This document shows, piece by piece, positions 1-10,946 of a stretch of 64,000 nt of DNA. The position numbers and the translations under genes are program-made. The notes below the pieces were generated by a model that saw only the letters and a list, made by a program, of their open reading frames with translations, was not told where the DNA came from and did no database searches. Source of the stretch: Nitrosopumilaceae archaeon (GTDB lineage Archaea > Thermoproteota > Nitrososphaeria > Nitrososphaerales > Nitrosopumilaceae); contig OZ242365.1 in assembly GCA_965208905.1 (NCBI GenBank), forward strand, positions 1,120,001 to 1,184,000, given 5' to 3'. Within the stretch, counting starts at the first letter, position 1. Each line of letters begins with the position of its first letter.

Positions 1-2071
1 GGGCGAGTCGCACTACGGGTATATCTGGTGCCGGACAATCCGGTGTAAGTGCGGGTGTATAATCCCACTTATACACGACTACACACTCTCAAAAAGTTAT
101 GGTATGCATTTCCGGCCCGCTGCGCGAGACGGCGAGGTTGAATTCACCATACACGACAAGGGTGAGATACCTCCCGGTCAGGTGGGAGGTAGGCGGGCCA
201 TATGTGTAAACTGTGGACACACGTACACCAACATAGAGATACGAGACATGGTATGGGACCACGGCTCGGAGATGATGTGTGTTGCCACATCCGTACCAAA
301 GCGAGGGAGGAGTAAGTCGTATAGGTCGGTTGATGCGGATGACCGGACACTGTATGAGTCATGCGCCGCGCAGCTGAAAGAGTGTCGTGCGCAGTTTCGC
401 GAGAAATATGACATAGACCCAATACCTGACATCGTCATCCCCATGCCAGACGGCCTGGAGTATAGGCCGGGTGGACCGGTATGGCATGTCTTGCGCATAG
501 CTACGTTTGGCCACACCCGTTGGTCGCAACTCTTCAACAACCGGCAGCTACTGTGCATGGTGATACTATTGGATATACTGCGCGAGATCGAGGCGGACGT
601 AATAAAGAATCACGGCATGGAGCGCGGCATTGCCATAATGACTTACCTTGGGCTAATGATGGACAAGACTCTGGAAAGGTACTGTAGATTGTCACCTTGG
701 CTAACAGATAGTGGCAGAGTCACACATTGCTTCTCCCAACAAAATCTACGTAACACGTGGGACTATCCGGAGGTTGCCCCCCACATATTATGGGGGCAGT
801 CAATCACCCATATTTCGGACGGCATGAACGCGGCCCTCTCCAACAACACCGTATGCGACGTGCGACGGGCCTCGGCCACCAACCTACCATATGATGACTG
901 TACATTCGATGCCGTATGCACGGACCCGCCGTATTATGATGCCATGCAGTACTCATACACGTCCGACTTCTATGTGTGGCTGAAGCGCTCCATTGGACAT
1001 TTACACCCTGAATTATTCCGCGGCACGCATACTCCAAAGAAAAACGAGGTGATTGAGACAGAAAGCCTGGCCATGCATATAACACCGGAATGTAAGGTGC
1101 GAGACAGTGATGGCTATCAACAGCTAATGTCACGGTCACTACACGAGATGCATCGTGTGTTGAAACCAGATGGTATACTCACATTAGTATACGCGCATAA
1201 GACCACTGAGGGTTGGGAGACCCTCATCAAATCAATATTAGAGGCGGGATTCACGATAACAGCGGCCTGGCCGGTCGATACTGAGAGTTCATCCCGCATG
1301 AAATCCCGTGGTACGGCAGCCCTTGCCTCATCAATATACATGGTGGGCCGTAAGTGGGAGCGCAAACCGGTAGCCGAGTGGCGCACAGTACAGTTAGAGT
1401 TCCGCGAGCATGTGTGCGCCATGCTGGACAGGCTCATCAAGGCAAACATAACGGGCTCGGACTTTTACATTGCGGCCATCGGGTCCGCTCTGGAGATATT
1501 CGGTAAGTATAAGGCGGTGCGAAGAAGTAATGGCGAGCAAATCACTATAGACGAAATACTTGATGAGATACGCACCCTGTGCTCGGAGTTCATAGTAAAG
1601 ATGCTCACACAGGGTGGTGGCGGAAACATAGATCCGCTAACCAAGCTCTACATAACGTGGCGGTGGGCGTACGGCAATCAAAAAATACACTTTGATGTTG
1701 CGCGAAAGTTGTTCACCGGTGTGGGACGAGACATGGACGAATATTCGGGCAAGGGTGGTATAATACGGCGCAAAGGCAGTGAAGTAAAGCTGCTGACGCA
1801 TCAGGAGCGCGATGAAGAGATACGTATCAAGAGCCGCATAGATGCCATACATCAGGCCATCCGCTACTGGCACGCCAACAAGCTTGACGACATGAAGGAG
1901 ATATTGCGCGAGACTGGCAATATAGGCGATGTGTTCAATGCCGTCTGCAAGGCGATTGCAAGGGCCGGGAATGGAGAGACAGATGAAGCGAGGGAGATCG
2001 ACCAGTTCCGTTCAGGGCGAGAAGAAGAGATAAACGAACCTGTGGGGCAGCTAAGGATGACTGATTACTGA
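1..2071 (+). CDS. DUF1156-family adenine-specific DNA methyltransferase with Zn-ribbon (5' end outside window)
   Basis: Frame is open from base 2 (GYIWCRTIRCKCG) into the 655-aa ORF. It has a TDPPYYD catalytic motif plus SDFYVWLKR, VLKPDG and ALASSI motifs typical of DUF1156 MTases. Confidence 0.85.
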   Translation, partial: GESHYGYIWCRTIRCKCGCIIPLIHDYTLSKSYGMHFRPAARDGEVEFTIHDKGEIPPGQVGGRRAICVNCGHTYTNIEIRDMVWDHGSEMMCVATSVPKRGRSKSYRSVDADDRTLYESCAAQLKECRAQFREKYDIDPIPDIVIPMPDGLEYRPGGPVWHVLRIATFGHTRWSQLFNNRQLLCMVILLDILREIEADVIKNHGMERGIAIMTYLGLMMDKTLERYCRLSPWLTDSGRVTHCFSQQNLRNTWDYPEVAPHILWGQSITHISDGMNAALSNNTVCDVRRASATNLPYDDCTFDAVCTDPPYYDAMQYSYTSDFYVWLKRSIGHLHPELFRGTHTPKKNEVIETESLAMHITPECKVRDSDGYQQLMSRSLHEMHRVLKPDGILTLVYAHKTTEGWETLIKSILEAGFTITAAWPVDTESSSRMKSRGTAALASSIYMVGRKWERKPVAEWRTVQLEFREHVCAMLDRLIKANITGSDFYIAAIGSALEIFGKYKAVRRSNGEQITIDEILDEIRTLCSEFIVKMLTQGGGGNIDPLTKLYITWRWAYGNQKIHFDVARKLFTGVGRDMDEYSGKGGIIRRKGSEVKLLTHQERDEEIRIKSRIDAIHQAIRYWHANKLDDMKEILRETGNIGDVFNAVCKAIARAGNGETDEAREIDQFRSGREEEINEPVGQLRMTDY

Positions 2072-5000
2072 TGAAGTATGGCGACTTGAAGCCGGACATG
2101 CTGATAGACGGTCCGTATTGGGACAGGCCGGTTACACTGGAACAGTTCGAGAGTGCTGGACAGCACACCAAACTAACCATACGACGTTACAATGGCACTA
2201 CGAGCACTATACGTGTGAAACTTGAAGATATAGACATTCATCACACACAGTACGGCACGCCATGGCGTACAAGGGCGGCGGTTGACATGCTGCGCCACAA
2301 ACATGCAAAGGGTGGTGGGGCCGACATGGGTGGGATGGACCCCCTTCCGCACCAGATACAGTCAATACGCCGCATAACCAGCCAGTACGATAACATAAGG
2401 TTCCTGCTGGCAGATGAGCCCGGGGCCGGCAAGACCGCAGTCGCGTCCAGCATAATACGCGAGATGAAACTACAGGGACGTGCGGACCGCACACTGATAG
2501 TTACACCCGCACACCTCAAATACCAGTGGAGGGCTGAGTTGAAGCGATTCACCGGCCTGAAGGGATACATAGTTGAGGGAGGCAGTATAGACCAGTCCAA
2601 CCCGTGGCCGACAGACGAGCACGACATACTCATAACATCCATTGATTACGCCAGGGGTGAGAAGAACCTTCAGGTATTGGCGCGCATGGAGTTTGATCTG
2701 GTGGTTGTGGATGAGGCCCACCACATGAACTCGTCCGGCAAGAACGTAAGTAAACGGTACAGGGTGGGCGAGGCACTCTCAAACATATCGAAACACATGC
2801 TGTTCCTGACCGCGACACCGCACCGCGGCAAGCCTGAAAACTTCCAGCGCCTCCTGAAACTACTAAATCCGGAACTGTTCCCTGACGGCCTTTCATCCGA
2901 GGAGGTGGCTGTCCGCAAGGGGCCGATGTTCCTGCGCCACCTCAAAACGGAGATGACGGACATGGATGGCAGGCCAATATTTCCCAAACGCAGTGTAAGA
3001 TCCCTCAAATACGAGATGTCCATACCGGAGAGCGACATGTATAAAATGGTGAGCAACTATGTGCGCAAACAGCATCAGAGATTAGTAGAACAGGATGAGC
3101 GACAACTCGCACCATTCCTAATACTACTGATACAGAAACGCATGGCATCCAGCACGTACGCGCTGCAAAAGACGTTGGAGCGACGCAGGGACAAACTCAA
3201 GGACTATCTGGAGAGGGACATATTCCCAAGACCCAATCTGGAGTACGAAGAAGTGGACGATGAGTATGATGAGGATGACCCCGAGCATGAGCGGCGGGAC
3301 GACGAGTTGAGCGGCATAAGCGCGTCGCGCACGCCAGAAGAGCTGAAGGTAGAGATTGCCGAACTGGACAGCTTGGTTGAGGCAGCAGACCAGGCGGCCA
3401 GCACAAAGCCGGACAGGAAGCTTGAAAAGCTGCTCGACATAGTAAAGAGTCTCGGTGACGGCAAACTGCTGGTATTCAGTGAGTACATGGACACCATACA
3501 GTATCTGGAGAAGCATATTGGTGAGCGGGTATGCCGTATAGACGGCAAGATGAAGCAACAGCAACGAGATGCTGCTGTGCAGGAGTTCCGTGATACATAC
3601 CGCATAATGCTGGCAACAGATGCCGCGCGAGAGGGAATGAACATGCAGTTCTGTAATACAATGGTGAACTATGATTTGCCCTGGAGTCCAATTGTACTGG
3701 AGCAGCGCATGGGTCGTCTGCACAGATACGGCCAGGAGAAGGATGTTACAATACACAACATGATAGCAGACAACACAATAGAGGGGGACGTATTGGAGAG
3801 GCTGGATGCCAAAATCAAAGAGATAGAGAAGCAATACGAGGCAGTAGACGTCATAGGAACAATACTGTCGGAGGTCAACATAAAGGACATAATGGTGGAA
3901 TCGATTACGGGGCGCGTCTCCGATGGCGTCAGTAAGCGGATGCGGTATGTCGGGGAGAAGATGCGGCGGGAGCAGGAGATGTTGGAGCGCACACCGGTGG
4001 ATCTGGAAGCGGCTCTCAGGGCAAAGGGTGAGATTGCTGCAAAACATGTTGATGGTAAACATCTTGTATACATGATGCAGAACATATTCAGTGGATTGGG
4101 CGGGAGCGTCAAGTCAACCAACACAAAGACCACGATACAGGTACCATCAGAGTTGCGCAGTGGGCCGTTTAGGCGCAAGCGGGAGTCGTTTGACATACCC
4201 GTGCAGGAGGCTCTGTCAAGGGGCACCAAACTGTACAAGCACATAGAATCCTGGGTCATGGACAACTGCAGGGCCGACCTGCAGGGAGGGTCGGTGTTTG
4301 CAGGCAACTATGAAGGCCACATAGTGTTCCATATAACCAAATTGAAGGACAGTTCGGGTAAGACTGCTGAAGTTTTGGTGCAGGCCCACCGCGTCGGCGC
4401 GGACGGTGTTGTGCAGTCCGTGCATCCGGATATATTGAGCGAGTTGGACGATATGGGTGGAGACCCCGGAGCCAGGCCGGAGGTTGGCAGTGCAACGGAC
4501 AGGGCGTTTGAGGATGCCCAGGCTAGGTCAAGGCAGCTGAACGAGGAAGCGAGAGAGTACTGGAGGCATCGGAGTGAGACGATGAACATAGGCGGGGGTT
4601 TGGAGTCGCTACGGATGGAGTTGGGCGATCTCATGCCCGGGACGCCAGAGTGGAAGGCGATAGATGAAAAGATAAAGAACTTGGAGTCGTGGGAGGGTAA
4701 CATGCAGAGGAGCGCCAGCACAGACAAGCTGCACGTGGAGGAGCCTGTATTGGTGGGCTGGGTCAGGGTAGTGCGGCGCAAGGATACACAGGATACAGAG
4801 ATACGCGGCATGAACCGCAGTATGGAGATAGAACGCAAAGAGGGTTTCATACCCGAGGATGTCTCGAATAAACGCGGCCTTGGATACGATATACTATCAA
4901 AACATCCAGATGGCCGGGAGCGTCATATAGAGGTGAAGGCGCGGTGTTCATTCACACCAGTACAACTCACCCCCAATGAGGAGAATGCACGTCTTAAAGA

Positions 5001-5154
5001 CCCGAACTACAAACTACACGTGCACGTAATTGATGGTGATACACATTATACAACCATCTTAGACGATCCATCTAAACTGATTACAAAGAAAAATACTACA
5101 CATGATGCTCCGATTTCTGAACTTAACCGTCTTGGTGAGGTGTATGAATACTAA
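2071..5154 (+). CDS. SNF2-family helicase with C-terminal DUF3883 (PD-(D/E)XK) nuclease domain
   Basis: LLADEPGAGKT, VVDEAHH, LTATPH and QRMGRLHRYG motifs; C-terminal GYDILS...IEVK. Start overlaps the MTase stop. Confidence 0.88.
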   Translation: MKYGDLKPDMLIDGPYWDRPVTLEQFESAGQHTKLTIRRYNGTTSTIRVKLEDIDIHHTQYGTPWRTRAAVDMLRHKHAKGGGADMGGMDPLPHQIQSIRRITSQYDNIRFLLADEPGAGKTAVASSIIREMKLQGRADRTLIVTPAHLKYQWRAELKRFTGLKGYIVEGGSIDQSNPWPTDEHDILITSIDYARGEKNLQVLARMEFDLVVVDEAHHMNSSGKNVSKRYRVGEALSNISKHMLFLTATPHRGKPENFQRLLKLLNPELFPDGLSSEEVAVRKGPMFLRHLKTEMTDMDGRPIFPKRSVRSLKYEMSIPESDMYKMVSNYVRKQHQRLVEQDERQLAPFLILLIQKRMASSTYALQKTLERRRDKLKDYLERDIFPRPNLEYEEVDDEYDEDDPEHERRDDELSGISASRTPEELKVEIAELDSLVEAADQAASTKPDRKLEKLLDIVKSLGDGKLLVFSEYMDTIQYLEKHIGERVCRIDGKMKQQQRDAAVQEFRDTYRIMLATDAAREGMNMQFCNTMVNYDLPWSPIVLEQRMGRLHRYGQEKDVTIHNMIADNTIEGDVLERLDAKIKEIEKQYEAVDVIGTILSEVNIKDIMVESITGRVSDGVSKRMRYVGEKMRREQEMLERTPVDLEAALRAKGEIAAKHVDGKHLVYMMQNIFSGLGGSVKSTNTKTTIQVPSELRSGPFRRKRESFDIPVQEALSRGTKLYKHIESWVMDNCRADLQGGSVFAGNYEGHIVFHITKLKDSSGKTAEVLVQAHRVGADGVVQSVHPDILSELDDMGGDPGARPEVGSATDRAFEDAQARSRQLNEEAREYWRHRSETMNIGGGLESLRMELGDLMPGTPEWKAIDEKIKNLESWEGNMQRSASTDKLHVEEPVLVGWVRVVRRKDTQDTEIRGMNRSMEIERKEGFIPEDVSNKRGLGYDILSKHPDGRERHIEVKARCSFTPVQLTPNEENARLKDPNYKLHVHVIDGDTHYTTILDDPSKLITKKNTTHDAPISELNRLGEVYEY

Positions 5155-5201
5155 AAACAACCATACCAATGCTTTTATGGTTTTAGGATGATATTGTTGC
5201 A

Positions 5202-6131
5202 ATGAAACTACCCCGACTCGGCGATTTCCAACCTGGCATAGACTACCTTAAAGGTGGCTTTACTTGTGATTTTTTTGTATTTGATAGAATGTTTGACTCA
5301 ATATATCAGGAAATATGTCTGCTTCACATATACCATCCGCTAACCGATGCTGCCTCACAGATGGAAGAAATATTCAATGAATTGAAAGGTATCGGCTTTA
5401 ACGAGTTGGTGAGAAACAAAGGGAAGTTAACTGTGCCAAACAAAAACATCGACATTGTTCTGATTGGCTACCATCACGGCAATGACATGGAGTATGTCAA
5501 TGAGTTGCTGTCAACATTTGAAAGGAATTACGGAGTACTCAGACCTGACATATTGATATACTCTCTCGACGAGAAGAAGGCACAGATTACAGAGTTTAAC
5601 CGACTTGAGGTTATGTATTGCCCGCATTATGAGTTTACCAAGCATGCGTTATTCATGATTCTATCACATTTATGGAACCGTCGGAACTTCATATATGAGC
5701 ACGGATTTTATGTGCTGCTTGATCGACTGTTAAATGAAAGTCTGGTGCGGGCCTTGGGCATTAACAAAAAAGAAGATACAATCACACTGGGCCATAAAGT
5801 ATGGACATTAAGAGGTGTATTGAAGGGGCATTTGCCGAATAGTGATGCTGAATTTGTACTAAAGTTTTTGAACTTTTTGGCCGAGGCTAGAAATTACGGC
5901 ATACATGGTAATGAGGAAGCGTGGAAGAAAAGAAAAGAGTCATGGGATGAAGTCAAACCGGAGTTAGAACAACGTCGCTGGATAATTCCAAGTAATAGTA
6001 AGTTAGCAAGTATGGATGAGAAAACAACAAAAGAACAGAATGGACACAGTCTACTAAAGATTCTTACTGTCTCAACGTATATCATTAAGGACTGGTTGAA
6101 CGAGTACGCGAAACCTAGCGGTCAGACATGA
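5202..6131 (+). CDS. hypothetical protein, possible C-terminal HEPN domain
   Basis: 309-aa ORF, more AT-rich than its neighbours, with an RNYGIH (R-x4-H) motif in a helical C-terminal half. Confidence 0.6.
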   Translation: MKLPRLGDFQPGIDYLKGGFTCDFFVFDRMFDSIYQEICLLHIYHPLTDAASQMEEIFNELKGIGFNELVRNKGKLTVPNKNIDIVLIGYHHGNDMEYVNELLSTFERNYGVLRPDILIYSLDEKKAQITEFNRLEVMYCPHYEFTKHALFMILSHLWNRRNFIYEHGFYVLLDRLLNESLVRALGINKKEDTITLGHKVWTLRGVLKGHLPNSDAEFVLKFLNFLAEARNYGIHGNEEAWKKRKESWDEVKPELEQRRWIIPSNSKLASMDEKTTKEQNGHSLLKILTVSTYIIKDWLNEYAKPSGQT

Positions 6132-6663
6132 TCACTGCCGAGTCTAACCTATCGCCAATCTGTACCAAACATTAGAGGACTGGAAACGTGGCAGTAGTGC
6201 ATAAAAAGTGCAGTACTGGCCACAATCGTATGATGTTTTGTCAAAATTAGGCGCATAGTCCTGTCAACCTGTACTGTGTATATGCCTAGGCGATTTTTAA
6301 TTGTGCAGAAACTTTCACATACCGCTATATCTGATTCAGGATGACATGGTCTCCTGTTCGGGATCACCATAGGTCGGATCTGAACGAGCTTTCTCGGTAG
6401 GGTTGCCCATCTCCCCCGACGATCTCCAGTATGGTGTTCAGTATCAGGCCCGGCAGGTACTGCTTGACTATATCGAATGGTCGCTGATCACGTTTTGTCT
6501 TTGTCATTTGGGATGATTATGATAATCTGATCAATATACTTTACGATCTTGGGATGATGTATGTCCGTAGGGCACAGCCCCAATCCCCACAATCCTAATA
6601 TAGACATGGACTTCACCACGACATAATGATGAGGCGGGACATACTTTTTCGTTTTAGAGGCAC

Positions 6664-7413
6664 ATGAGTACGGCTAGGACTGTGTACGAGAGCCATGGTA
6701 CAAACACAAGATACCTTGGGTATGTGCTGAACGGAGATTTTGAAAGATACGTGAGAGATCGGGTGGGTCCCAGATACCGTGACGATGAGGGGGATCAATT
6801 ACTGTCTGATGTAGACGACACGAAACAGGCTGGTTTTGACTCGGAAGTGCTCAAGACCAAAATACACTACATACCATCAAGGATTGCCGAAGTTCTAGCG
6901 GAGTGCTTTTTGATGGACCGACACGACGTGTTGATTCCATACAATCGCATACGCGATGCCATAAGCCCCACGGCGAGTCCGGCGGGTCCGGACATAATAG
7001 GCATTGTTGGCACTCTGTTCATCTTTGGTGAGACAAAGTCATCCTCGGAACAAGGACATCCCCCCAGTGTGGTCAACGGCAGTTCCGGCATGATTGGGCA
7101 GCTGAACAGCATCAAGCGCGACAAGGAAAAACGTAGCCGCATGATAAAATGGTTGGGACACAAAACCAGGCAGTTTGAAGCCAATGCAGACCATACCTCT
7201 TGGTGTCGGGCTAAGCAACAATACTATGAATCGGAAGGACGGAGTTTTAAGATATGTGGGATATTGATTCGCGATACAGATCCAGACGAGCGCGACGTTG
7301 CAAAAGTACACGACAGTGTGTCGGTTGACATATATTCCTCAACACCATTGGATATCATGGCTCTCTACATCCCAGTACCAATCCCCAATCTGCCTGATGT
7401 GGTGATGAGCTAG
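6664..7413 (+). CDS. HamA-like (DUF1837-type) PD-(D/E)XK nuclease
   Basis: AEVLAE...GPDIIG...FGETKSS pattern; lies directly upstream of a Ski2-like helicase. Confidence 0.6.
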   Translation: MSTARTVYESHGTNTRYLGYVLNGDFERYVRDRVGPRYRDDEGDQLLSDVDDTKQAGFDSEVLKTKIHYIPSRIAEVLAECFLMDRHDVLIPYNRIRDAISPTASPAGPDIIGIVGTLFIFGETKSSSEQGHPPSVVNGSSGMIGQLNSIKRDKEKRSRMIKWLGHKTRQFEANADHTSWCRAKQQYYESEGRSFKICGILIRDTDPDERDVAKVHDSVSVDIYSSTPLDIMALYIPVPIPNLPDVVMS

Positions 7414-7414
7414 C

Positions 7415-10400
7415 TTGACCGCGCAAGAATATGAAGAGAGTCGGTTGGACGCAGCACACATGCTGGCCAACCAAATAAGAATTCGTCAACAACTGTTGGG
7501 AGAAAACAGATCACGACATGACAAAATAGATCGTGCAATCGACCTGTACGAACTATCTATCGTCGAGATGTGGAGAAGCCGCGATACCCCCGCCGGGAAA
7601 TTTCAAGAGACGTGCAGTAAATGTTGTGACTTGCTACGCGCCCTACCCCTGCCCGACGAGCCCGAGGAAAAGACCAAACATGTGTTGAAGTTGTTCGCGT
7701 ACTCATATCTAGGAGAAAGGTGGGTAGAAATGCAGCGCGTGATCGAAGAAGAGGCCGTTTGGGATGTACCGAAAGACGTTACATGGGATCGGCGGGTAGT
7801 TTATGACACATACCTGGCTATACTGTACCTGATAAAAAAGAAAGAATGGAGCGATTTGGACAGGTGCTCAAGGCTGGTGGACAAACTGCGAAATGATCAG
7901 AAGACGCATGAACGAACTCTAATGCAGAACACCGATCCTAATCAACAGGGGTATCTGGCCCGGGACTTGGCCGCATACTACCACTTGGCTGGAACCGTCG
8001 ACATACTGGCTCGCTTCATGCGAGAGGGCGGCAGCCCGAGTGACACAAGAGCACGGGTAGGCCATCATATGGATGCGGCTCTGCGGTTAGCTGATGGGGC
8101 ATGGGAGTTGGAGACGTTGCTGATCATACTGAAGGCCGCGTTCATGAAAATGATCGAAAATGCTATCTGGACCGTGATAGGTACAAAAAACCCTCAAACA
8201 ACCAACCTGATTAGAAAGATCACAGGACAGGACAGCCAGAAACCCGTCTATGAGTTGTTGTATCCGCAGCGGGACGCAATACGTCAACACCTACTTGATT
8301 CGGCTATCGAGGCAACCGTTCTCACACTTCCCACATCCAGTGGCAAGACACTCCTTGCAGAATTCCGTATACTCCAAATCCTGAACCAGACACGTGACAC
8401 CGGTGGTAAGGTGGCATATGTGGCCCCGACTCGGGCACTGGTCAACCAGGTGACATCTCGGCTACGTAGGGACATGGAATCTCTGGGTATAAAGGTGGAG
8501 AAGATGAGCGGTGCAATAGACATTAACGTATTCGAAGAGAATGTCCTGCGGGGCAACGACTTTGATGTGCTAGTCACCACACCAGAAAAACTGAACCTGC
8601 TTATACGCCACCCTGACGGACGTCTAGCCAAGGACATAACATTAACTATAATTGACGAGGCCCACAACATAGCCAACGAATCCCGGGGGCTCAACATGGA
8701 GATGCTTGTATCCAACGTCCGTAGTGACTGTCCACGATCCACACTGCTACTGATGACACCATTCATACCGAACCACCAGGAGGTCGCCGCGTGGCTGAAT
8801 CCAGATAATCCCCACTCTATAAGTGTCAGTATTGGATGGTGGCGCCCCAATGACCGGGTGGTGGGGATCTGCTATGCGGACGGGCCAAAGGGGGGCAGAG
8901 TGCTGAATTTTGAGCCGTTGGTAACCCACGGTCCCGACATGCGGATGTCCGAGAGTATACCATTGGGTAGCGTTAATGTTACGGAATCTCCGTCCCAGAT
9001 ATCCAAAAGCAAAATGGCATCATTGGTCGCGTCGGTTATGGCGGGCAGCAGTGTGCTAATTCTTGCCCAGACCATAGACCACACGTTTAACATAGCCAAG
9101 ATGCTATGCGACATGATTCCAGACGAGAAAGATGACGAGAACTTGGATATGGTTTCCAGATACGTAGAGCAGGAGATGGGACAAAACTTTGAGCTGGCTA
9201 GATACATCAGGAAGGGCGTGGGAATCCATAACGCGGGTCTGCCTGATGATGTAAAGGAATTGGTGGAGTGGCTCATGGAGTCTGGTTCGTTGAGAGTGGT
9301 AGTGTCTACCACCACATTGGCCCAAGGAATGAACTTTCCGGTTGATACCATACTGTTTGCCACACACAAGTACGCCGGACACGGCGACATGCCGCCCACG
9401 GACTTTTGGAACATAGCAGGACGGGTGGGACGGGTGTATCAGAACTCGGTAGGATTAGTGGGCATAATGGCGCCAAAACCCACCGAACGTAAAATGGCCA
9501 CCGAATATGTCCTGCAACAAACCGAGGATCTGGCCTCGCGCCTCAAAGCTCTAGTGGAAGAGGCCGGCGACACTCACCTTTCTCTCCTATCATACGCCGC
9601 AGATCCCGGTTGGTCGTCGTTCCTACAATACATTTCCCATCTGTACCGACAGGCAGGCGAGCTGCGAGACTTTATCTACAAGGCGCAAACTAGTCTAGAG
9701 AAGACGTATGGCTATGGGCAGCTGACCAACAGCAGCAAACGGGACCTCCTGAAAGCGGTGGAAGAATACGCGAATGACTTGGACCAGGGGAAGGGGGAGA
9801 TGGCACGACTCTCGGACATAACCGGGCTGAACGTCCAATCAGTGGAGACTGCGATGAAAAAGTCAGACGAGCTCACGGCAAGGGACGCACGGTGGGGCGA
9901 CAGCCTACTCTCTGGCGACTCCAGTTCTCTGGGGCGGTTGTTGGACATAGTGTTCCAAGATATACCTGAAACCAAGGAGGATGTACAAGGGATAAAATCT
10001 GGCGCCCCGATCACGGGAGACAACATGGGCAGGCTCGTTACGGAGTGGATGCGCGGAACTAGCCTTCACGATATAGCAACTAACATACTCGGAGCGGACG
10101 ATGCCAAGTCTATAAGTAAGTGCGTCAGGATTATCTACAACAAAGTTGCCAATTCTGCCTCATGGGGCCTGGCGGCGATGCTAAAGATTCCCCAAGAGGG
10201 TATTTCTGAGGAAAGTGTAGAAGAGCAGAGGCAGTCAGTCATGAACCTGCCGGCTAAAATATACTACGGAGTAGATACCGATGCGGCGGTGTTGATGCGG
10301 CTCAACAATGTACCTCGATCCATTGCCAAAAGGATGGGGGCTGTGTACGAGAGTGAGCACTCCGTACGGGAGTCCACGCCCGGCATGGTCCGAGAATGGA

Positions 10401-10507
10401 TCTCCGATTTGGGAGATTTCCAATGGAACAAAGTAACCAGCTCGCCATTCCTCTCTGGGGCAGAGTACCGAAGAATATGGGTAAGGCTTAACGGGGAAGA
10501 TCAATAA
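7415..10507 (+). CDS. DEAD/DEAH-box Ski2-like helicase (HamB-like)
   Basis: LPTSSGKT, TTPEK, IIDEAH, HNAGL, TTTLAQGMNFP and AGRVGR motifs; long helical N-terminus. Confidence 0.85.
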   Translation: MTAQEYEESRLDAAHMLANQIRIRQQLLGENRSRHDKIDRAIDLYELSIVEMWRSRDTPAGKFQETCSKCCDLLRALPLPDEPEEKTKHVLKLFAYSYLGERWVEMQRVIEEEAVWDVPKDVTWDRRVVYDTYLAILYLIKKKEWSDLDRCSRLVDKLRNDQKTHERTLMQNTDPNQQGYLARDLAAYYHLAGTVDILARFMREGGSPSDTRARVGHHMDAALRLADGAWELETLLIILKAAFMKMIENAIWTVIGTKNPQTTNLIRKITGQDSQKPVYELLYPQRDAIRQHLLDSAIEATVLTLPTSSGKTLLAEFRILQILNQTRDTGGKVAYVAPTRALVNQVTSRLRRDMESLGIKVEKMSGAIDINVFEENVLRGNDFDVLVTTPEKLNLLIRHPDGRLAKDITLTIIDEAHNIANESRGLNMEMLVSNVRSDCPRSTLLLMTPFIPNHQEVAAWLNPDNPHSISVSIGWWRPNDRVVGICYADGPKGGRVLNFEPLVTHGPDMRMSESIPLGSVNVTESPSQISKSKMASLVASVMAGSSVLILAQTIDHTFNIAKMLCDMIPDEKDDENLDMVSRYVEQEMGQNFELARYIRKGVGIHNAGLPDDVKELVEWLMESGSLRVVVSTTTLAQGMNFPVDTILFATHKYAGHGDMPPTDFWNIAGRVGRVYQNSVGLVGIMAPKPTERKMATEYVLQQTEDLASRLKALVEEAGDTHLSLLSYAADPGWSSFLQYISHLYRQAGELRDFIYKAQTSLEKTYGYGQLTNSSKRDLLKAVEEYANDLDQGKGEMARLSDITGLNVQSVETAMKKSDELTARDARWGDSLLSGDSSSLGRLLDIVFQDIPETKEDVQGIKSGAPITGDNMGRLVTEWMRGTSLHDIATNILGADDAKSISKCVRIIYNKVANSASWGLAAMLKIPQEGISEESVEEQRQSVMNLPAKIYYGVDTDAAVLMRLNNVPRSIAKRMGAVYESEHSVRESTPGMVREWISDLGDFQWNKVTSSPFLSGAEYRRIWVRLNGEDQ

Positions 10508-10946
10508 ATCAAGTGGTAGTCGATTTTCGGATTGTCGCATAACGAAATTGACTGAAAACAACACAAAACGGACCGGTTAAGCGGAGCCTGTATGGTCAGC
10601 TAAACCACATATACTTCTGCTGTCCCATCTGTATTCAAATTTGTAACTACATTCTAATTCAAATTAGTATATCCGAATATAACATCCGCTAGGTGGTTGA
10701 GGCTGCCTTCATGAAACAGTGAGATGGTGCACTGTGAGACAAAAATACGTAGATGTTTTCAAACCCTGGAATTGTTCATGAACCTTGTCCCTTCAGCATG
10801 GTCTCAGTCCTCAAATCTGAGTTATTTTTCCGCCTCCTAAATAGTATCAACACTAACTCAACATTATTGATAAACTACGTCACCCGAACTATATAAGGAA
10901 TGACACGTGAAGGGGCTGTTAAGTTAACGTGAGTCAATATTTGGTG

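Noticed and set aside
3124-4850. Long antisense ORFs (312, 212 and 180 aa) over the SNF2 gene, and similar shadows over htrA, yrbG and the solute-binding gene
   Set aside because: These are antisense shadows of well-supported genes with no recognisable motifs.
10508-10911. Intergenic stretch after the HamB-like gene as a possible third Hachiman gene
   Set aside because: All frames I translated are interrupted by stops and show no motif.
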